The notes below the pieces were generated by a model, which saw only the letters and a program-made list of their open reading frames with translations, did no database searches and had not been told where the DNA came from. This document shows, piece by piece, positions 53,483-61,670 of a DNA stretch of 64,000 nucleotides. The translations under genes and the position numbers were made by a program. Each line of letters opens with the position of its first letter. The first letter of the stretch is position 1. Source of the stretch: Obrimoposthia wandeli (Eukaryota); contig CDROCS010003797.1 of NCBI GenBank assembly GCA_977020255.1, forward strand, positions 186,001-250,000, in the 5' to 3' direction.

Positions 53483-53563
53483 TTCTCTCGAACTCTTGTT
53501 GTTCGGAGAACTTTTAGGCGCTTGCACAGACAAAATTTCAGGACGAAATTTGGCCTTTACAAA

Positions 53564-53764
53564 GGCCAGAAGCTCTCCACCTAGTAGGTGACAGTTGCAA
53601 GGATTCAACCTAATGCTTAGTCACTATTTCTAGTCACTAAGCGTTAACAACCGATAATTACATTATCAAAAATATAATTACCTCGGCGTTATACCCCCTC
53701 ATTATTGCTCACTAGAGTTTGATCTCTTCACAATAACTACCTGGTTAACGCTCCTCTTCTGGCC
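53564..53764 (-). ncRNA. Lysine riboswitch (L-box)
   Basis: Minus strand GGCCAGAAGAGGAGCGTTAACCAGGTAG...GAGGGGG...GCCGAGG...TCGGTT...GGTTGAATCC...ACTGTCA...GTGGAGAGCTTCTGGCC with closing P1, upstream of dapA. Confidence 0.93.
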
Positions 53765-53883
53765 CTATCATCGTAGCGATTAATGTATTGCAATTAATCT
53801 CACTGGAATAAGGGACAACAATATTAAAACATTTTAATCTAAGAGCAGTCAATAGACGTCTATACGTTTATTGATAATGACAT

Positions 53884-55194
53884 TTAACTAGCTGATTGAA
53901 ATAGTTTTATTTCTTTCTCCAGCCATGAAATACGATCTTGTCCCCAATAACTTGATTTGCTATAACTAAAACAAGGTACACCCCACAAGTTTAACTTAGT
54001 CAGATCAGCTTGGTTAATATCTGCCCATTGTTGCCAATCATGCTGTTGCTGATAGGCATTTGCTTCATCTACATCTAAGCCTAAATCTTTTACGATATTA
54101 TCAACGTTCACAGGATCGGTTAAATCAATACCATTAACATAAATAGCTCTAAAACAAGCCAAAATATATTCCGTTGCTTTGCCTTGTTGTTGAGCCCAAG
54201 CAAAGAAACGATAAGCATTAACAACCCCTTCACCCAATGGGTCAACAAAACCATTAAATTCAATCGCTAATTTTTTAGCTTCTCGAACGGCATCTAAATA
54301 AATGTACTTTTGTTTTACCACCGGAATCGACTCGCCACGCATGAGCAATGGCAATACAGGCTTAATCACCAACTCAAGTTGATTAGCTTTAGCTAAATCA
54401 ACAGCCTGGACAAAACCAAGATAAGAATAGGGGCTGCGTAAAGATAAATAGATCACCAAGGGCTCTGCAACAGACGATTTCATTGGCTCAGATTGTTTAT
54501 TTTGTTCAGTAAGCTTTGCATTTGAGTTAATTTTTTCAAACAGGTGATTAGACGATAAAATATCACTCACTTTTTCAACTAAAGCTAATTTTAGTAGCGT
54601 TTTCTCAAAATGATACAAGCGATCAACACCAACAAACCAGTCGCCAGCAAAGAAAATATTTGCCGGTGCATAATGGCCCTTTTCTTGTAAACGCGCTTGG
54701 TTTTTCACTTGATGATTAATCGTCGGTGTTGACGTCTGAAAATGCTCGTTATATAGATTCCCCCAAGTTTTGATGAAAATATCTTCCGCATTTTCAATGT
54801 TGTTCTCAACTAACTGCCAAGTCTGCTGGCCGGTAGTAAGTGACATTAACGAGGGTTCCGCTGTAATGTTAATCAACTGATACTGCTCAGCGGTTAAGTT
54901 CGCGTCTTTAATCGCCCAATGCCGATAAAGTTTTGGTGAAATCGTGATGCCGGGTAATGCTCCCCAAATAAAAAGGACTTTAAAATTAAGATGATAATAC
55001 TGCGCTAAACGAGAAAGCATTTGTACTAACATAAAACTCTGGGGATCATTGAGTGAAAGGTACACTTCCGCCGGTGCTTTTTTCCCAAAAAAACGAGCCA
55101 AAGTAAAATAACGAAACAGTAATAATTGCTGTCTAAATGAACTATGTAGCCACTTTATTTTTAATCGTAATAATGTTTTGTTAAAAATAGCCAA
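53884..55194 (-). CDS. Tandem DsbA-fold / 2-hydroxychromene-2-carboxylate isomerase (GST-kappa-like) protein
   Basis: Domain 2 has SLRSPYSYLG and WGVPCF...WGQDR; domain 1 is degenerate (SLNDPQSF...FVGVDRL); TTG start with AAGGAG SD. Confidence 0.75.
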   Translation of the reverse strand: MAIFNKTLLRLKIKWLHSSFRQQLLLFRYFTLARFFGKKAPAEVYLSLNDPQSFMLVQMLSRLAQYYHLNFKVLFIWGALPGITISPKLYRHWAIKDANLTAEQYQLINITAEPSLMSLTTGQQTWQLVENNIENAEDIFIKTWGNLYNEHFQTSTPTINHQVKNQARLQEKGHYAPANIFFAGDWFVGVDRLYHFEKTLLKLALVEKVSDILSSNHLFEKINSNAKLTEQNKQSEPMKSSVAEPLVIYLSLRSPYSYLGFVQAVDLAKANQLELVIKPVLPLLMRGESIPVVKQKYIYLDAVREAKKLAIEFNGFVDPLGEGVVNAYRFFAWAQQQGKATEYILACFRAIYVNGIDLTDPVNVDNIVKDLGLDVDEANAYQQQHDWQQWADINQADLTKLNLWGVPCFSYSKSSYWGQDRISWLEKEIKLFQSAS

Positions 55195-55359
55195 CTCCTT
55201 AAAGACTAATGATGGCGAGATAATAAAATTCGCGTAGAATACGCAGCATTATGACATATTAATAACCACCACGATGCTTATTTGTATATAATTAATACAA
55301 ATAAGTTACTGTAAATTAGCAAGTTTTCACATGACCTTCAGACAACTACAGGTACCTTC

Positions 55360-56409
55360 ATGGCAACAAGCAACATTAACCAATTACTGATACGCAATAT
55401 AGAGGCATTATCAGCAACAAAACCGCTTTTGGTTAATATTGCAGATGACGGTTTTATTACCCAATATTTAACTCAACATAATGCAGCCAAGGTGGATAGC
55501 TACCATACAAACTATGCTGAATATAAAACTTGTCAGCAATTAAATAATGCTCGTGTACAAGCGCATTTTTGTGTCGAATATGTCGCTAAAAACAAACATG
55601 ATATGGCTATTATTCATTTCCCTAAAAGCAAAGCTGAGTTTGCTTTTACGTTAGCTATGCTTGCAGAGTCAATGGCTGAAGATGCCACCATTGTTATTGT
55701 TGGTGAAAATAAAGGCGGAATAAAGTCAGCTGAAAAACTCAGTAAAAGCTATCTCGAGTATTGCCACAGCGCTGACGCTGCACGTCACTGCCTTATGTAT
55801 ATTGCTAAATTTTTACCTAACCTCCCACGCTTTGAACTGCAAAAATTTTACAAATATTACCCTGTACAAGTGCAAGATAAAACCTTACAAATTGCCGCTT
55901 TGCCTGGTGTGTTTAGCCAAAAGTCGTTAGATGCAGGTACCGCAGTGTTGTTAGCGAGTTTGCCTGACACCATCAGTGGTAAAGTGTTAGATTTTGGTTG
56001 TGGTGCGGGCGTTATTGCAGCCTACATTGGTACAATTCACCCAAAAACTACGCTCTCTTTAGTTGATGTGAGTGCCCTAGCATTACATTCCGCTAAAACT
56101 ACGCTGACGTTGAATCAGTTAACCGGTGAATATATTGCTTCTGATAGTTTATCTCAGGTTAAAGAACGCTATGACTTTGTTATCTCTAACCCACCATTTC
56201 ACCAAGGCTTAAAAACACATTACGGTGCCACTGAGCAGTTTTTAGGGGAAATAAAGCGAAACTTAGCCAGTAAAGGTTGTATTACCATTGTTGCTAATAG
56301 CTTTCTAAAATACGCCCCCATTATGGAAGAAGCGATTGGAAAAACAAAAACATTGATCGTTAAGAAGGGCTTCGCTGTTTATCAATGTTACCTTAATGGT
56401 AGAAATTAA
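55360..56409 (+). CDS. rsmC: 16S rRNA m2G1207 methyltransferase
   Basis: PKSKAE, GENKGGIKS, LPGVFS, LDFGCGAG, SNPPFH. Confidence 0.93.
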   Translation: MATSNINQLLIRNIEALSATKPLLVNIADDGFITQYLTQHNAAKVDSYHTNYAEYKTCQQLNNARVQAHFCVEYVAKNKHDMAIIHFPKSKAEFAFTLAMLAESMAEDATIVIVGENKGGIKSAEKLSKSYLEYCHSADAARHCLMYIAKFLPNLPRFELQKFYKYYPVQVQDKTLQIAALPGVFSQKSLDAGTAVLLASLPDTISGKVLDFGCGAGVIAAYIGTIHPKTTLSLVDVSALALHSAKTTLTLNQLTGEYIASDSLSQVKERYDFVISNPPFHQGLKTHYGATEQFLGEIKRNLASKGCITIVANSFLKYAPIMEEAIGKTKTLIVKKGFAVYQCYLNGRN

Positions 56410-56492
56410 AATTAACTATAACAAATGGTTGTTGAAAGCCAGAAGGTTTTCTACAATCATTTATAACAACCATTAATCGAGTTTAGTATTAT

Positions 56493-58106
56493 ATGTTAAC
56501 AACCAAACGTATTTGGTCTATTCGTCGGATTTTTCTGTTTTCCATCATAGGTTCCATTTCGCTCTTCGCGATCGCGACTATTGCTGTACTCTCTCAGCAA
56601 CAAAAGAATAGCTACAACACACTTGCTGCGAATAACATCACATATTGGGCAAATGTTTTAACAAATGAAAGTCGAGACTATCTCGTTAATTCAGAACGAC
56701 AAGCACTTAGTAATAATTTATCCACAGCTAAAATAATCCCTGATTTAAATTATTTACACATTTATCAGCTTAATAAAGAAACTGACACCCCCGAGCTTTT
56801 CTATAGTTATAAACGTAATGAGAGACGTTCAGCTATATCAGAAAAATTTAATGATATAAATGACTTACTCACACCTGTATTTAAAGACAAATATGTAGAA
56901 TATATGCAAGAAATTAAAGCGGATAAAAAAATCATTGGCTTTATTTATCTGCAAAATAGTACTGAGCATATCACATCAATTACTGATAAGTTAATAACGA
57001 CTAACATTATCATTGCTCTGGTTATGGTACTGATCGCGATCTTTATTACACTAAAGCTCGAGCGTTATATCAGTACGCCATTCATCGCATTAATAAACAC
57101 GGTGCAAGTCACTGCTCGACAAAAGAACTTTCAACAACGCTGCCAAGCAATGCCATATCTTGAAGCCGACATGCTAGCCCGTAATATTAATATTTTATTC
57201 GCGCGCATGGAGAAACACATCACACAGTTAGCCGCAGACGAGCAGCTGAGTATTGCGCATTCACATGAGCTAGAACATAAAATAAATAAACGTACAGAAG
57301 CGCTCAAGGAGTCTAATCAAGACTTACTTTCCACTTTAGAAAAACTCCATCAGTTTCAAAGCCAATTGGTAGAGAGCGAAAAAATGGCCTCATTGGGCGA
57401 TATGGTTGCCGGTGTTGCTCATGAGGTAAATACCCCAATAGGTCTAGGAGTAACAGCTTCAACATTATTAGCAGACCGATTAGAAGAGATAAAACTCGCT
57501 TTTGAAGATAAAACACTTAAATCTAGTCAATTAAAGAAATTTTTGAACGAAGGTAGCGAAAATGTTGCCATTATCTATCGCAACCTAAACAGAGCTGCAG
57601 ATTTGATCTCTAGCTTTAAAAAAGTTGCTGTTGATCAATCTAGTGAGGAAATTCGCACCTTCGAAGTAAAAGAGCTCTTAACTGAGGTATTACTGACCTT
57701 AAGACCGCAATTAAATTGCTTACCTTACGTCATCGATATCGATTGCCCCAGTGAGTTAAATATTACCAGCAAACCCGGGCCTATTAATCAAATTTTAATT
57801 AATTTAATCATGAACTCTATCATCCATGGTTTTGAAGGCAGAGAGCACGGAAATATTTCCATTACAGTGATGCCATTGAGCAACCAACTTAATATTCTCT
57901 TTAAAGATGATGGTATTGGTGTTGATGAGTCAATCAAAAATAAAGTTTTTGAACCTTTTACCACCACAAAGCGGGGTGAAGGCGGCAGTGGCTTAGGCAT
58001 GCATTTAGTTTATAACTTGGTTACACAAGCACTTGGAGGCACTATCGTGTTACACAGTGAGTTAAACCAAGGTGTGAATATTGAAATTAATTTTCCTATC
58101 AGCTAG
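56493..58106 (+). CDS. Membrane sensor histidine kinase without receiver domain
   Basis: Two TM helices, HAMP-like linker, EKMASLGDMVAGVAHEVNTP, N-box, DDGIG, FTTTKRGEGGSGLG. Confidence 0.9.
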   Translation: MLTTKRIWSIRRIFLFSIIGSISLFAIATIAVLSQQQKNSYNTLAANNITYWANVLTNESRDYLVNSERQALSNNLSTAKIIPDLNYLHIYQLNKETDTPELFYSYKRNERRSAISEKFNDINDLLTPVFKDKYVEYMQEIKADKKIIGFIYLQNSTEHITSITDKLITTNIIIALVMVLIAIFITLKLERYISTPFIALINTVQVTARQKNFQQRCQAMPYLEADMLARNINILFARMEKHITQLAADEQLSIAHSHELEHKINKRTEALKESNQDLLSTLEKLHQFQSQLVESEKMASLGDMVAGVAHEVNTPIGLGVTASTLLADRLEEIKLAFEDKTLKSSQLKKFLNEGSENVAIIYRNLNRAADLISSFKKVAVDQSSEEIRTFEVKELLTEVLLTLRPQLNCLPYVIDIDCPSELNITSKPGPINQILINLIMNSIIHGFEGREHGNISITVMPLSNQLNILFKDDGIGVDESIKNKVFEPFTTTKRGEGGSGLGMHLVYNLVTQALGGTIVLHSELNQGVNIEINFPIS

Positions 58107-58435
58107 TCTTTGATTTAAATGAGGTTTATTTTTTTCATCCTCGCAGTAAAAATCACATAACAAACATTGACTTCTAGTGGCCTATTTATCGACATTTAAG
58201 CGCTAAAAATAAAATATAGGAAGCACGGCACAGCTGCAGTTTGCTTATCGATCAGGTTATTTACTACTAGAGCAAAGACATACATCTTGCTCACCCACGC
58301 TAGTGATTGTTTTTTAGCTATCATTTCTATACCATTAGCCGATATTTAAAAGCCGTCAAATAGTCTATAATTATGACAATTAGCAGTGAGCTTATTCATT
58401 TAGAAAATTAAACTTTACAGAACTGGACAATTAAC

Positions 58436-59149
58436 ATGCAAAAACCTCATATATTAATCGTAGAAGATGAAGACGTAACACGTTTTAGTCTGCGAAATCT
58501 ATTTGAAGCTGAAGGCTATCAAGTATCAGAGGCTATAGATGGTGATAGCATGGATCAGCAGTTGCAAACTAATGCAATAAACTTGGTCATTATGGATATT
58601 AACTTGCCGGGTAAAAATGGTTTGTTATTAGCTCGAGAATTAACCAGAAACAAAGATTTAGCCTTGATATTTTTGACCGGCAGAGATAGCGATATTGATA
58701 AAGTTCTCGGCTTAGAAATTGGCGCAGATGATTACCTTACCAAACCTTTTAATCCTCGTGAATTAACCATTCGTGCACGTAATATACTCAATAGAATATT
58801 GCCAAGCAGTGTTGAAAAAGACGATGCTATTATTAACTTTAATCAATGGTCTCTGGATGGTAACTCTCGCAAAATGACCTCCCCTGACAATAAAGAAATA
58901 TCTATTCCTCGTGGTGAGTATCGTGCATTACGTTTGCTTATCGCCAATGCTGGGCAAATAGTCTCTCGACAACAACTGATCAAAGAAATGACCGGTAGAG
59001 AATTACGCTCTAACGATCGAACGGTTGATGTTACTATTCGTCGACTACGCAAACATTTTGAATCTGTGAAAAATTCACCTGAACTTATCAACACCATCCA
59101 TGGCGAAGGTTATCGCTTTATTGGTCGTGTAGATAATGTATCTGAATGA
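58436..59149 (+). CDS. arcA: ArcA-like response regulator (OmpR family)
   Basis: [45 protein letters not shown]...[25 protein letters not shown]. Confidence 0.85.
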   Translation: MQKPHILIVEDEDVTRFSLRNLFEAEGYQVSEAIDGDSMDQQLQTNAINLVIMDINLPGKNGLLLARELTRNKDLALIFLTGRDSDIDKVLGLEIGADDYLTKPFNPRELTIRARNILNRILPSSVEKDDAIINFNQWSLDGNSRKMTSPDNKEISIPRGEYRALRLLIANAGQIVSRQQLIKEMTGRELRSNDRTVDVTIRRLRKHFESVKNSPELINTIHGEGYRFIGRVDNVSE

Positions 59150-59164
59150 TCGACTAATAAAATT

Positions 59165-59512
59165 TTATTGCGCGTTAAGCCATTGTTCAAAATAATCAAT
59201 AGCTTGCTGGTTTAATAACGCCAACGCGCTTAAGTGTTCTGCTCTAGCTTGCCAAGTTTCTGTCGTTTTTTCTATTACGATAAGTTTTTGATGCACTTGG
59301 CATAAACCTGTACTAGCAGCAGCACCCTTCATTTTGTGGCATTGCTCCTGCCATGTCTTATCGCTAGCCTCATCGATAGCGGTATTAATTGCAGCTAAAT
59401 ACAAAATTGACTGCTGACGGTATAAATCCAACATTTGTTGAATTACCTCAAGATCTAAAACCTCTAAGTAACCATTAATTAAAGCTAAATCCAATTGCTG
59501 GGGTGTTGTCAT
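59165..59512 (-). CDS. Standalone Hpt phosphotransfer protein
   Basis: All-helical, with CHKMKGAAASTG Hpt motif. Confidence 0.85.
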   Translation of the reverse strand: MTTPQQLDLALINGYLEVLDLEVIQQMLDLYRQQSILYLAAINTAIDEASDKTWQEQCHKMKGAAASTGLCQVHQKLIVIEKTTETWQARAEHLSALALLNQQAIDYFEQWLNAQ

Positions 59513-59876
59513 AAAATATCCCGTGTCAGTGTCTGTATTGCTATTTTATCAATAAACTATTTTACCGTTATTAAAGGCTTAAAAAACACCTTTTTTGTAA
59601 ATATTAATGATTAATAATTATGGTTTCAATGCCATGTATTAAATACAACTATCATATTCTTGAACAATATCAACAGCCCTATCACAAGCATTGCTTTTGA
59701 TAGCTATATCGTTCAAAATGGCCGCCCTTTTTAGGGTCATTGCATATCTTCCACTTTTAATAATAATGGTGGAGACTGTCACACTTCTTGATAGTCATGC
59801 CAACTATAATTCTACTTTGTACTGAAGTTACCACGATAGCCCTTTACATAGTGCACAAGCGAACAGCGGAGTCAAA

Positions 59877-60803
59877 ATGCCAACATTAATGCCTGATATA
59901 GCAAATCACACCACAGCACAAACTGAGGGTACTTTGGATTGGGTCGGCATGAGTAATATAGAAATGCCTATCATGGTTGCCTCGAAAGGCCAATCAGAAC
60001 GTATGGTTTCAGCCTACGTAGATGCGTTTGTAAACCTGAAAGAACCTAAAGCCAAAGGCATTCACATGTCGCGCTTATATTTACTCCTTGATGAACTATC
60101 AAACTCAGACGTTTTAAATCACCAAAGCTTAGTCACACTATTAGATGGCTTTATTAGTAGCCATGCCGATCTTAGTGATAATGCAAAAGTTAAATTTAAC
60201 TTTGACTATCATCTACGTCGTAAATCGCTTATTAGTGGCAAGCAAGGTTGGAAAGCCTACCCTGTTACAATCACAGGACGTTTAAATAAAGGTAAACTTG
60301 ATATCGAACTCTCTGTTGATGTTCGTTACTCTTCAACTTGCCCGTGTTCTGCAGCTTTAGCACGTCAACTTATTCAAAAAGCTTTTAAAGATAAGTTTTC
60401 TCAAGCAGCCGCTGTTGATTTAGAAGCAGTACACGAATGGTTAGGCACAACAGAAGGCGTTATGGCGACCCCACATAGCCAACGCTCTGTTGCGGAAATC
60501 AAAGTGAAACTGAACAGTTCAGCAACTGATTTTCCAATTACTGATCTTGTAGATTTAATTGAGAACTCATTAAAAACGCCAGTACAAGCCGCGGTAAAAC
60601 GCGAAGACGAACAAGAGTTTGCTCGTTTAAATGGTCAAAATTTAATGTTTTGTGAAGATGCTGCTCGTCGTTTACAACACACCATGAATGCATCAACGCA
60701 ATTTGATGATTTTTGGTTACGCATTAATCATTTAGAGTCACTACACGCTCATGATGCCGTTAGTGTTACCACTAAAGGTGTTATCGACGGCTACCAACCC
60801 TAG
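59877..60803 (+). CDS. folE2: GTP cyclohydrolase IB
   Basis: [37 protein letters not shown]. Confidence 0.93.
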   Translation: MPTLMPDIANHTTAQTEGTLDWVGMSNIEMPIMVASKGQSERMVSAYVDAFVNLKEPKAKGIHMSRLYLLLDELSNSDVLNHQSLVTLLDGFISSHADLSDNAKVKFNFDYHLRRKSLISGKQGWKAYPVTITGRLNKGKLDIELSVDVRYSSTCPCSAALARQLIQKAFKDKFSQAAAVDLEAVHEWLGTTEGVMATPHSQRSVAEIKVKLNSSATDFPITDLVDLIENSLKTPVQAAVKREDEQEFARLNGQNLMFCEDAARRLQHTMNASTQFDDFWLRINHLESLHAHDAVSVTTKGVIDGYQP

Positions 60804-60880
60804 ATAAATAATTTATCGTTGCTACTTTAATTTCATGCTAACGATGATGAGTATTTAATAGCTCGAATGCGAATAAATTG

Positions 60881-60916
60881 AGCCTTAGTTATTTCACTCA
60901 TAACTAGGGCTTTTTT
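60881..60916 (+). terminator. Terminator after folE2
   Basis: AGCCTTAGTTAT-TTCACTC-ATAACTAGGGCT followed by a T-run. Confidence 0.75.
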
Positions 60917-61537
60917 AGAGCCATTATTTTAAAGCGAGACAATAAAAATTCATAAAGTACACAGCACAACATTAGTTATGCTGTAGTTTTTTACAGATAA
61001 CAATCCCCCCCCCCTTTTCCTTCAATAAATTTATCACATCAAATGAAGACAATTACTTGCCATGCGCACAAAAGGCCAAGTAATAACGTGACTATTCACA
61101 ACCAACGGTAAGATTAACCAAATTGTATTTTTGACTATACGGGTTAGCTATACTTTATTAGCTATGCATGGCTAAAGTTCTGTTTTAATTTTCTTTTATA
61201 GTAGAACTTAAGACATGCCAATGATGGTTATTTACCAACGCATCAGTAAGAAATAGTGTTCGAGTTATATCAATTTATTAGAAAACATGTGAAATAAGCT
61301 TAAGAATAAGCATTGCCAATAATGCATAAATATTGAATAGAAAATCGTAAACAAAAAATATTTTTACATTTTATTAATGTAATAAAACTACAAAAATAAA
61401 TAAGAATCATTCCACATTGAGCGTCTTTTTCTTATAAAGCAAATAATTACGATAGCGTTAGTATGAATATAATACTATTAGTTTTATTTTGTCTTTATAA
61501 CCATGTAAAAAAGTTACGAGTATTTACTCTATTCGGA

Positions 61538-61566
61538 TTGACGTTTCAATTGTAAATGTTTACTGT
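61538..61566 (+). promoter_or_regulatory. Possible sigma70 promoter of gltB
   Basis: TTGACG-17bp-TACTGT. Confidence 0.4.
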
Positions 61567-61670
61567 AAGTAGTTCTTCGGTACAAAATTTGGATTATTTA
61601 TGCACTTAAAGTATAATTTTATTCCATTTAAACAACAAAAAGCGCCGAATATTTTATTTAGGGGAAGAAA

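Noticed and set aside
53482-53608. N-terminal extension of dapA in the ORF track (also those of mlaF, kdsD, pmbA, rplM and the DUF6776 gene)
   Set aside because: The extensions overlap the riboswitch, promoters or neighbouring genes, and downstream starts fit homologous N-termini better
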